The notes below the pieces were generated by a model. It worked only from the letters and a program-made list of their open reading frames with translations. It did no database searches and was not told the origin of the DNA. A stretch of 64,000 nucleotides of DNA from Podarcis filfolensis. Its lineage: Eukaryota. The stretch lies in assembly GCA_964270895.1 (NCBI GenBank), contig OZ185450.1; one strand, 5' to 3'. Below are positions 44,867-64,000 of the stretch, piece by piece (the stretch's first letter is position 1; each line of letters opens with the position of its first letter). The position numbers were made by a program, and so were the translations under genes.

Positions 44867-46799
44867 CGTCTGTCTAAAGAGACAATGAAAGAGTGCACCA
44901 TCAGAAGTAAAGTCAAACAGTTGGGGAGTTACAGCACCTGTTGTGGCTGTAGAAACCAATACGAGAGAGACATGTTTTATTGCAGGGGGGGGGTAAATGA
45001 AGGCATCTGGTTTTGCTGCTGCAGATGCATCACAGTGTTTCATGACCTGACACTCTCCAGGCACTGCAGTTGTCTGCAAGGGTTTCCATATGGCGAGGTT
45101 AATGTCAGCCTTCCTGTCACATTTGCAGACATCTTTGTAATGCCAGTGCCAACCTAGTGCCCGAAAGCAAGCTCCTCCTAAAGCACATCCTTGGGGATCC
45201 TGTTCTACTTAGGAAGAGACGCTAATAGGCAGTTGTTCACACAGAGTTGTCTTCGTTATAAAATGTAATGTAAAGTATCCTGTAACACAGTCTTAGTTTT
45301 AGATAGTGGTGTAACAAGTGACTAGATAAAAAATTTACTCTGAAAAAGTACATAATAGCATTTGCAACCATTTAATGTCCTTGGCCCAGTCCTCCAGCTT
45401 GGCTGACTGCCCATTGCCGGCAGTTACCCAATTGTAAAGTTATCTCTGTTAATTATTCTTTGGCCTAAATTCAGTAGAGGGAAAGCTCCGCTGACTTCAT
45501 CAGACTTGTATCAGAACCATTTTGATGGACTTTCCTTTATTGATTTTGCCTCCTGGTTTCCAAGCCCTTTTAGGCTCTAGAATGTCATACTGTTTAAGTA
45601 AGATATGGGATCTCCTTCAGAGGGCTGTGAAAAACTGGGATAAATGTGACCATACTCTTATCACACTTGCTCAGGACAAATGTCTGCAAGCTGCTTCACT
45701 GTGTCCCAGGAATAAACCCTTCTAAAAAGCAAGTAGCTGGGGGACCTCATAGGACTTTCAGCTGAATCTTGGATCTAAGATCATTTATAATCTAAAAAGA
45801 GTGGGATGATCCTAGCTAAAAGGAGGTGACATTTAAAGGACTTATTGTTAAGGACCCTTGAAATTGCAGGACTCTGTAGCCCATTTATAATTTTAGGTGG
45901 TCCCACATCTGTGCGGGGAGTCTGAGTACTGCCTTGTCCATTTCAACTTCATTCTACTTTGCTCTCTACTAGCTCACTTTTCCAGACAATTTATCCTTTT
46001 GTTCCAAAGTCCCTGTGAGAGGACACAAAAATGGCAGCAAACTACAGTAGTGCTGTCTAGCAACACTGCAGTGAAATTATCACATGTCAAAGCAGATTTT
46101 TAATCTCTGAATGAGATTTATTCTTGGAACTCCTTAAAAGAAGCAAGGAAACTTTTTTAAAAGTGGGGGGAGACATTTTTCAGCTCATGGACAATTGTTT
46201 TGCAGAGAGAACATATCAATGGTGCCCAGAGCAGGAGGCAAAAAGTGTGTAGAACAACAGCTGTAACTCTTAGGTCTGTACAAGAGGCTACATTCCAGCA
46301 GCCAGCCACAAGTTACCCATCCTTTCATCCATGCTAGCAAAAGGCATTATCACAGTTCAGGGACACATTCCAGCCACACAAAAGCACTTAAGAAGGGTAC
46401 AGAGCTGAACCAGTTAGGAGAGTGGCATGAGGGCTGGGTAGAAAGGCTTGGAGGGTTGCATTTGGCTCAGCTCAGATTCCCCATGCTGTCTTGGGGGACT
46501 TTTACTTTGCCCCATGGCATATGTGCTATGGAGTGCCACAAGAGTGTTTTGTTTCTTTCTGTTGCTTAAGAATAATTTGCAGAGCAGTTGCTAATATGCT
46601 GTTTACACTCAGCTCTATCCTTTTCATACAGGATTCATGTGAGACAGGATGTTCTGAGCAGGGAAATTGCGGTCTGCCATGGACCAGACAAATGCTAATA
46701 AACTTAACAGTAATAAGAAGAGGGCCAGTTCATCTAATCAACCGCATGGTGGGTGTTTCGTTTTCTCATCCATGCCTCCTACTGTAATAGTTTGCACCT

Positions 46800-47035
46800 T
46801 GGGGATGTCTCGGTTAGATGCAGCCTTATGCTGGAAGCCCAGATGGCATCTAGCACAAGCCTTTCAGCAACTTGGGCTGATGCACCTAGTGCACCTAGTA
46901 ACCATTGTCTTTGACATGGTAACATATAACTTGGATTACTGCAACACTTTTAGGAGCTGCCTTTGAAGACTACACATAAGCATAAACTGATGCAAAATAT
47001 GACAACTAGATTTATTGACTGGAACGCACTGCATG
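46800..47035 (+). mobile_element. Degraded L2 ORF2 fragment
   Basis: LDYCNT..LPLKT...QN.T.RLLTG, typical of the L2 reverse transcriptase C-terminal region. Confidence 0.65.
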
Positions 47036-47422
47036 GAATTGTGTCTGCGTGTCTGTCTAAAACTTACTTTTCTGTTTTCATGGAATAAGCTGTTTTGGAA
47101 TAATAATGGGTGAGATTACTCTAGTGCTTGGGGTACCTGTTTTTTGCAGCCCTGGTTCTGTTGTGGCAGAGGACAGGCTGCTGAGCAAGTAGAGCTGGCC
47201 TAGAAACTAGCATGTTTATCAAATCCACAGAAGCACAGTATGCATAACTTTAGGAACCTTAGTCTGGCAAGCAGAATGCCGTAAGGTACCTGAGAGGAAA
47301 TAACAGAGACAGAGCCTGAACTTTTCCAGAAAAAGGAAGCATTAATTATGATAAAAGGCAAATGGCAAGCAAACTTATGGAAGGTTTTCCTCTTATGGGC
47401 AGTCCCTTTAACATGGGATATA

Positions 47423-47648
47423 CACTGGTACCTCGGGTTAAGTACTTAATTCGTTCCGGAGGTCCGTTCTTAACCTGAAACTGTTCTTAACCTGAAGCAC
47501 CACTTTAGCTAATTGGGCCTCCTGCTGCTGCCGCGCCACCGCTGCATGATTTCTGTTCTCATCCTGAAGCAAAGTTCTTAACCCAAGGTACTATTTCTGG
47601 GTTAGCGGAGTCTGTAACCTGAAGTATATGTAACCTGAGGTACCACTG
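47423..47648. mobile_element. Tc1/mariner (pogo/Tigger-like) MITE
   Basis: TA|cactggtacctcgggtta ... taacctgaggtaccactg|TA. Confidence 0.85.
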
Positions 47649-48380
47649 TATTAAGATATGGCATGCCCCAACAATCTAATCTTCCAGATGTGTGCTTAAG
47701 ATCTTTCTATCTGCCCAAGCCTTTTCTGACTGAACTTTTCTGTTGTCATTCATATCATATTATTATTCTTGGCATACATTTTATACTTATCCTTGTTTTT
47801 TGTACACCACCCTGATATTTTATAATGTGAGTGCTTTATAAATAATTAAAAACGGGGAGAAAGCTTAAAGGGAGATGGAGGGCAAAGGTGGACACAGACA
47901 GAAAAATATGTTTCAGTGTTTCTGCCAAGCTATATGGGGCAGGTAAAACAGGGCTGAGTCGAAAGCGGGTTTGCAAGCACAGCTGATCAGTCCTGTGCAT
48001 ATGGGCTTTCAAATCCCAAGAGTAAGCTGATTGTCTGGTCTTATGAAGCACTGTTTATGGGACTGTGTTAGTACTTTTCTGGATGTGCCTTTGCCTGCAT
48101 GGTTTGATTTCAAACAGTGTGGGCAAAAGCAGTTCATCTAGTACTTTAAATTGATTTGTATTTTAATTTTATGCTGCCTTTCTGTATTTTATGCTTTTAT
48201 TTTTGTGCTTTTACATTTATACACCTTGATGTTTGTATTTTCGCTCTACATTTAGAAGCTTCCTTAGGAATTTTGATAAAATGAAAGGCAGAATAAAATT
48301 CTTCCAAATTAATAAGCTTGGTGGTCCACCCTGGAAATACAGTAGAGGGAAGTGTTTGGCTTTTAATTCACTTGCAGTAT

Positions 48381-48573
48381 CAGGGCCATCACTCAGTGGT
48401 AGAGCCTCTGCCTTGCATTCAAAAAGTCCCAGGTTCAACCCACAGCAGCCTGAGGTAGGGCTGGGAGATATCCCCCTGCCAAAACCTGGAGAGATTCTTG
48501 CTGCCTGTCCATGTTGACAATACTGAGCTAGGTGGACCCATGATCTGACTGTAAGGCAGCTGCCTATGTTCCT
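48381..48573 (+). mobile_element. tRNA-derived squamate SINE
   Basis: A-box ctcagtggtagagc, B-box ggttcaacc, body gtagggctgggag...ctgagctaggtggacc...gcagctgcctatgttcct. Confidence 0.75.
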
Positions 48574-48964
48574 GACGATACAAGAGACAGCCTTCTTGCC
48601 TTACTGATTTTGACAGAGCAATCCATCAGTTTCTGCGACTGCAGGATAATGTCTTTACAGCTTTGCACCTTCTTTCGGGAGCAAGACTCTTTTCCTAGGA
48701 AGGGTGGTGTTAGGTAGACTGCCCAGGCCATAGGCAGCTTGCTTCTGCAGCAGGACTTAGTTCCTATCAAAGATTATGTTGTAGACCTGATTGAGGAAGG
48801 CATTGATTCCCCCCCCCCTTTACTCCATCGTGCTATTTGAGTTCAGGGGTCAGAGTGTAGTGGGAGTGAGGAAACCCTTGTTAATCTTTCTACTCGGAAG
48901 ACAGCTCTGTTTATCCCAAGCTAGCGTCTCTTGTTTGTTTCACTGTAGGTGGATGGATTTATAC

Positions 48965-49006
48965 TGAACAGTGTGTCCAGCCATGTTCCCGGAGTTAATT
49001 ATTCTC
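48965..49006 (+). promoter_or_regulatory. GRE-like plus HNF1-like module, proximal SLC37A4 promoter
   Basis: TGAACAgtgTGTCCA (48965-48979) and GTTAATTATTCTC (48994-49006), about 250-290 bp upstream of the ATG. Confidence 0.55.
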
Positions 49007-49254
49007 CAGAAGGTGGCCGTGAGCAGAAAGAGAGCAACAGCGAACTCCAGCAAACCTCCGGGCTCAGCAGAAACCCTGGCAAGCGCCTGCCGCTCAAGTG
49101 CTCTGACAGCTGCTGGTTCCCTGCCTCTCTCTCTTCTTTCTAGCACATTGGTGCCGCCACCCCTCTTCTCACATTTACTGTAAACTGGGATCTAAAGGCA
49201 GAACTGCTACAGGCACCTTCTCTCCGTCCGTAGAGGCACAGCTCTGAAATCGCA

Positions 49255-56296
<7,042 letters not shown>

Positions 56297-57401
56297 AGCA
56301 GAGTGGTGGCTTGGCTGTTGGAGGAGCCTCCCACTGCAACCATGGGTTTTAAAAAAGTACTCCAACAACTATTAGATCAAGGCAGAACTAAGCTTTGACA
56401 GTGTATCCTGGACCAGGGTAAAGTTTTCTGTTTAAAAAAAAAAAATCACTTTGCTGCCACCTCTTTTTGTTCCTTAAAATGGGAACGGCCAGAATGGTTT
56501 GGACCTAATGGACCCAACCCTATTCTGCTTCTCCCTGGCAAAGGCAAGATTTGGCAGCTCCACCTGTATTAGCCTCCTGATGATCTCACTGGCAGCCTGC
56601 ACTTCTTCCAAATGTGTTGTAAGCAAGCAGCGTAAGGACTCATTTTCACTGCCTGGAGAGAGGGAGTCACTTTTCTACCTCCATCACCTACAGAACACTT
56701 CTCTTGTGTATTTGTGCTTAATTATTCCCTTGATTTCTTCACCTTCCAACATTCAGTTAATTCCGAGAACTCTCTTCTCAAACAGTCTGGTTCATTGGGG
56801 TGTAACTGGAGACATTCACAAGAGGGAAGGCTTCATTCCTTAATCTTAGTATTTGGGGCTGTAGCTAGGCAAGGATGGACAGGCATGTGTACCTTACTAA
56901 GCATATAGACATGCAAACCTCAGAACTGGGCCCAAATGTGACTACCCAAGACTCTTTCATCTGGTCCCCTGGATTCTTCCCCAGACCCCATCCCTACATC
57001 GTTTTCATTTTGCAGAATGTGTTCTTGAACTCTTGTAATGCTTCTTCCTTACATGGATGGAAGAGAGAAGGGGATGTGTGTGTGTAGAAACTAGTCTGCT
57101 GTACAAAAGTTAAATTTACATGAGTTATCCTCCTGCTTTTGCCTCTGGCCCTGTTTTCTACTGGCATGTTGCCAGCAAGGGAATGCAGCCCTCAGACTGA
57201 TGTAAATAGATACATGATAATGAGGAATGTAGCATTTTGCAGTTTGCACTGATTAGAACTTCCCTGGACACTTATGCAGACATTTTAGGGGCCTCTAACT
57301 ATAATTGCCATGAGGAGCTGATAATGCAGACTAAAATGGACAGTTTTATGTGAAATTGGATTCCAGATCTTGTTCATTGTTATGGAGTGTACACTGACGG
57401 C

Positions 57402-57416
57402 AATAAAGACAATAAA
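57402..57416 (+). terminator. Tandem AATAAA, probable SLC37A4 poly(A) signals
   Basis: AATAAA at 57402-57407 and 57411-57416. Confidence 0.65.
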
Positions 57417-57593
57417 GTAGAATTAACCTATGTTCCTGTGCAGAGGCCTCTTCCTAAATAGTATTACTCCACTAGGCAGAAGCCCATAGATATTTGCAAG
57501 TTGGTTCAGGCTCTTACCCTCCCTGGATGCTGAATGCCAGATAATTCATTCCCAGCTCAAGAATCAAGTCCTTCCTCTTCCTTTAAGGAATGC

Positions 57594-57599
57594 TTTATT
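57594..57599 (-). terminator. Probable TRAPPC4 poly(A) signal
   Basis: Minus-strand AATAAA about 310 nt after the stop. Confidence 0.6.
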
Positions 57600-57907
57600 T
57601 ACATTTGCAAACATACAGTGCTTCAGTTATAAATTAAAAGAATACATTGCAGCAGACATATATGTACATGCACCACTATTGAAGGAATGGTATAGCTCTA
57701 ATGTTTCCTTTCAGGCTGCCAGCCAGCTTCCTTTAGCATCAGCCAAGATTCAGCACCAACCACATCCGCTCAACAGCAATACTCCCTGTTCTGTGCTCTG
57801 GAATTGCAATCAAGGTGGCTACGAACAGATGGTTGGTCATTTGTCTGACTCACATTTTAGTTGTTATTGAAAAGTCCACTGGGTGACTGAAGTGGGATAA
57901 ATCCACC

Positions 57908-57986
57908 CTACAATCCTGGCCCAAAAGGCCCTGCTTTCTCTGCTACCTCCAGCGCAAGCTTCAAGTTCTGATCAAAGAGCTCACAT
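57908..57986 (-). CDS. TRAPPC4: TRAPPC4 exon 5
   Basis: 79 bp, [25 protein letters not shown]. Confidence 0.95.
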
Positions 57987-59437
57987 CTGAAATGGTGAAA
58001 CAAACACAAGAGAACTAGAACATAACCACACTGGAGCAGGTTTAGAACAGTAAGTCACCCATTTTCCATTTTACTCTCAGTCTGGGATGAATGTCTGAAA
58101 GAAGTGCAACTGTGTGATTCAGCATTAGCAACGTATGAAATACCATGTCAATGCAGCCTGAAGATCAACCATGGGGACCCTCTAGATGTTGTTAGACTAC
58201 TCCCATCAGTCCCAGCAAACATGACCCGTAGTCAGGGATGATGGGAGCTGGAAGGCCCTTACAGGCTTCCAGGTCCTGTTGTAGATGCTTCTGTTTGCTC
58301 TCCTTGATAAGCTTAACTTCTTGAATCAACACTGGCACTGTGGAAAATGCCCCCCAGGCATGAAGTGTTCAGTAACATGTCTCAGTGTGAGGGCCTATAA
58401 CAAACTGGAGGCATGCAGACTTACTAGCCCTCGTACACTATCTAATGTGACGCTACCTATCTATTGTGATCACACTCCACAGTTGTTCATGGGATTTGCC
58501 AGCATCCCAGGTAATAAACTGAGGGGTTCAGGAGCCAGGAGGGCTTTTCTCTCTTGTAATACTCATGTACATTGATTTCTAAACATATGGTGGGGGGAAT
58601 CAATTTTAGTAAAGGAAGGGTTTGTTTTAGTGTGAGAATGTGCATTTGATCTCTACCTGATTGGCATCTCCAAGGAGTAGAAAGGATTTTTCAGAGCAAA
58701 GTCTGAATAAATCTCATAAATCTTGCGCAGAAGGGAATCTATTCCAGACTGCCGTGGATCAGCAAGCACCACAAATTTTATCCCTGAGGATATGAAAAAC
58801 AGAGTTAGAGCATGCCACATCCAAAGCAACACATACAACTGGCTCGAGTGATTTTAAAAGGCACAAAAAGGTTCATTCCTTGTCATTCTTCCTCAATAAA
58901 GGCCCTGCAAGGCAAAGGCAGATATCAAATGCCAGGTACCAGGCAGATGGAACAGCAAAGGAAGAGAAAGTTACCTATTAGCTACCAAGGTTTTGTTGGT
59001 TTTAAAGCCCTACACAACTAGGGACCAGGCTAGCTAGCAAGCTCCCAGGGACACCCTGCAAGTCGTTCCACCATCACTGGATTGCCACTTGGTAATGCGG
59101 AAACAGGCCTCAGTGATGGTTCCCACCTTTTGCAATGCCTTACCTTGGGAAATTTATGGAGACAGTAACGATATTTAACTGCCTCTTAAAACATCTGTTT
59201 ACCCAAGCTTCGTTGGACTCCTGACTCTTACACTTTTAATTCTATTTTGTGATACATACTTTTGTTTTTAGGTAACTTAACTGATTGGGAGTTTTTTTGT
59301 TGCTTTTTATAAGCTACTACCACTACTACTACTTATTATTATTATTAATAATAATTACATTTGTATAATGCTCTTCACCTGAAAATGAACAGCAGTTCAC
59401 AACATAAAATTGCAAAATAAAATTATAAGAACACAAG

Positions 59438-59473
<36 letters not shown>

Positions 59474-61435
59474 CAACTCCCTGGGGAGAGACGATTATTA
59501 GATTAAGCGGTATAAACATTTTATTTTTTTATAAACCACTTGTGATTTTTATATAATGAAGTATACATAATAGTTATTAAACATTTGTCTTTTACCACTT
59601 CTACACAAAGAGTAGCACTTCTAGGAACATCCTCACTGAATGTTGCTGCAGAACTTTACTTGCTCAAGTGGGGACTGCTGTCCATACTAACTAAAGGTCA
59701 AGAAATGCAGATATTATAAAAGAAGCAATACCTGTTAGAGTCTGAAAACAGTGTAGCTTGAAAGTGTCGGTCTCTAGCATCTCAATTCCAGAACTCCCCT
59801 GCTCGGGAGACAGTTGGGACCCAATTGCAAACAACCTGCACATAAAACAGAGCCCCAAATTGTACCAATTGATAAAGTGCCTTGCCTATATCAAAACCAA
59901 TCAACCCCTCTCCCTTTTCTGGGTTCTGGCAAACATCTCAGCCACCCCTGACTCACGAGTGGAACATGGAGGCCAGCATGAGCTTCTCATTGGATGACAG
60001 TCTGGGGCGACCAAAGCGGATTGACACTGGGTAGTTGGCTGGGTTGCCCAGGAACTCCAGCACATCCCTGCCGTCACCAGTGTACCTTCCGTTGACATCA
60101 ATGCCATTGATGGCAAGCACAGCATGGCCCACTGCAAAGAAGGGAAGAGGCAGTCATCACTCAATACCCCCTTCTCACCCGGCACTGGCAAGCCTTCCTG
60201 CATCAGTAACCCCCCTGTTTCCCTCACCCTTGGGAGCTCTGCCAATCAGTGGAGTAAAGGAGCAAGAACAGCTCCAGTATACAATGTACACAGTGTCATT
60301 TCCTGGAGCAGAATTTGCCAGTGACATAACCTGAGATGGGTGGTGGATGTTAGGTCTGACCAGGTTCAGCTTGGGATCCCTGTCTTAGGCAGGCAAAGCT
60401 TAGCCAGTGAACATCTCTGAGCCACCCTGAGATCTTTGGATTTAAGGTGGTGTGCTAAATAAGTAAACAAGCAAATAGATAAAACCTTTGGGAGGTGGTC
60501 AAAACGTTTTACCATGAATGTCACACCTGAGGCTAAAAACCCTCATAAACGGAAGCATAAATGTATTGACAATAAATTATCAATGACCATCAAAACCAGC
60601 TGCTGGAGGCAGCCACCATACCCTGCCTAATGGTAAGGGGGTCGCAAAGAGTTGCTGGTGGGACCCAGTTGTTTCCCCTCCCCACCGCAAAAAAGCCCAA
60701 TTCCCTGATCCTTTGTGAGCCACCCTTTGCCAGAGGAGCCTAATAAAGTGGACATGGTTCAGGTGTGCGCTGCCACCGAAGCTTTTTCAGCTCAAGGGGC
60801 AGCTGTCATGGGTTCTGTCTCCCCTTCAATGTCCAAAGGCAGCGGAGGCACCAGAAAATATTAAAAATAAAATAATAATAACAATTTATTATTTATACCC
60901 CGCCCATCTGGCTGGGTTTCCCCAGCCACTCTGGGCGGCTTCCAACAAAGCACTAAAATACAATAACCTATTAGACATTCAAAGCTTCCCTAAACAGGGT
61001 TGCCCTCAGATGTCTTCTAAAAGTTTGGTAGTTATTTTTCTCTTTGACATCTGGTGGGAGGGCGTTCCACAGGGCGGGTGCCACTACCGAGAAATAGAAA
61101 ATTCGCGGGTAGGTGGGGGGAAGGCAGAGTGGGGAAAGTATACTTATGCGGGGCGGGGGGATACAGCGCGTGTTAACGAAATGGGGGGGGGGGCTCCGCC
61201 TGTGTCGAAAGGGCCCAGCCCCCGGGGCCGCTCCTTTGCCGGCTGCTTCCCGCCCCTCACCGCGGATGCCGTCGCGCTGCCCGAAGGAGACGAGGACATG
61301 CTCGTCGTGCGGGCGCAGCACCAGCTCGAGGGGGAAGCTGAAGGTCTTCTCGGTCTCGGCCCTCGGCGCGTAGTGGTCCAGCTGGTAGATGAGCCCTCCG
61401 GCCTTGTTCACCACATACACACTGAAGATGGCCAT
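57908..61435 (-). CDS. TRAPPC4: Trafficking protein particle complex subunit 4 (synbindin/TRS23), 219 aa
   Basis: Exons (minus): 61261-61435, 59957-60131, 59732-59835, 58657-58783, 57908-57986, total 660 nt. [33 protein letters not shown] and [27 protein letters not shown] motifs. Confidence 0.97.
58657..58783 (-). CDS. TRAPPC4: TRAPPC4 exon 4
   Basis: 127 bp, [20 protein letters not shown]. Confidence 0.96.
59440..59473. repeat. (AAT)n microsatellite within L2-tail debris
   Basis: About 11 units. Confidence 0.9.
59732..59835 (-). CDS. TRAPPC4: TRAPPC4 exon 3
   Basis: 104 bp, [34 protein letters not shown]. Confidence 0.96.
59957..60131 (-). CDS. TRAPPC4: TRAPPC4 exon 2
   Basis: 175 bp, [14 protein letters not shown]...LASMFH. 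Confidence 0.96.
60872..61095 (-). mobile_element. 5'-truncated L2 LINE 3' end in TRAPPC4 intron 1
   Basis: [38 protein letters not shown] followed by an L2-type 3'UTR and (aataa)n tail. Confidence 0.85.
61261..61435 (-). CDS. TRAPPC4: TRAPPC4 exon 1
   Basis: 175 bp, donor cg|gtgagg. Confidence 0.96.
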
Positions 61436-61617
61436 CGCGGCTTCCGTCTGACGTCACGCCGCTCCCGCCCAGCTCCCTTGCCTGAGCATCTCTTCCGGTG
61501 CCGCCCCGGAAGGGACCCTCGGCTACGGGGTTTCCCGGCCTGCCCACACAGGCGCCTTCCTTTCTGGCCGGAAATCGCTGAGGGAGAAGCAGCGACCGTA
61601 GCCGCTCCGACTACACC
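61436..61617. promoter_or_regulatory. Compact TRAPPC4/RPS25 bidirectional promoter with 5'TOP
   Basis: Only 182 bp between the two ATGs; TGACGTCA 61449-61456; CCGGAA/TTCCGG at 61492, 61506 and 61568; pyrimidine tract CCTTCCTTTCT 61555-61565. Confidence 0.85.
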
Positions 61618-63502
<1,885 letters not shown>

Positions 63503-63646
63503 AAGGTGAGCTGCTTCTCAGTGCCGGCGGTATGGCTTGGTGGAATTCTATCATGGCAGTTATTTAACAGGCAAATGGTTCTAATTAATTTATCTGTTTG
63601 TTTTGCAGGTTCTTGGGAGGTTTTTTAAGACTCTGTAAATGACTAA

Positions 63647-63652
63647 AATAAA
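63647..63652 (+). terminator. RPS25 poly(A) signal in non-coding exon 5
   Basis: AATAAA 38 nt after the acceptor at 63608, U/GU-rich sequence downstream. Confidence 0.75.
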
Positions 63653-64000
63653 ATAATTTCAACTCCTGAAGTTTTTTGTGGTTTTCTGCTCAGTGAAGTA
63701 CAGCTTTGTTTCTAATAGTCAGGGACCATAGACAATCAGTCATTGAAAAGCCTTTATTCACTTTCATACCAGGCTGACCGGCAAGTGCATGGCTATGTAC
63801 TTAAAAAATTATGCCCCGGGCCCATGACATAAAACATGCAGATAATATCACCCAGTCTTTGTTCTTACTGTGCCAATGAGGCTATCATGGGAGCTACTTA
63901 TAAACAGGCTTCTGGTCTCCTTATAACAGCATAGATTATTAGATCCTAGTGGAGGGATAAAGGACTCCCAGCTGTCCAGATTTAAAGGCCTTGATGCAGG

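Noticed and set aside
44029-48965. Shared 12-mer tggatttatact at about 44029 and 48954
   Set aside because: 12-mer matches are expected by chance many times in 64 kb.

Overview
Vertebrate genomic DNA. The repeat landscape (L2/CR1 tails, tRNA-derived SINEs, hAT and Tc1/mariner MITEs) points to a squamate reptile, probably a lacertid lizard. The window holds the block syntenic with human 11q23.3: HMBS (-, 3' exons run off the window start), VPS11 (-, 16 coding exons, 923 aa), HYOU1 (+, 24 coding exons, 992 aa), SLC37A4 (+, 429 aa, or 451 aa with the cassette exon), TRAPPC4 (-, 219 aa) and RPS25 (+, 125 aa). I assembled every exon by hand from splice signals; all phases close, and most exon sizes match the human ones as I recall them. 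I found no new protein-coding gene, and the remaining ORFs in the track are off-frame, antisense or TE-derived. Best second-look items: (1) a candidate erythroid first exon of HMBS with its own ATG ([10 protein letters not shown]) behind GATA and CACCC motifs, in a gene that lacks the mammalian erythroid Met; (2) two U12 minor introns in neighbouring genes (HMBS GT-AG, VPS11 AT-AC) plus a GC-AG intron; (3) a VPS11/HYOU1 bidirectional promoter pairing a CLEAR-like box with ERSE-II and ERSE-like boxes; (4) a GRE+HNF1 module and the 66-bp vG6PT exon in SLC37A4; (5) a solo-LTR-like insert flanked by a 93-bp duplication; (6) young or nested MITEs. Motif and isoform claims are sequence-based hypotheses and are untested.
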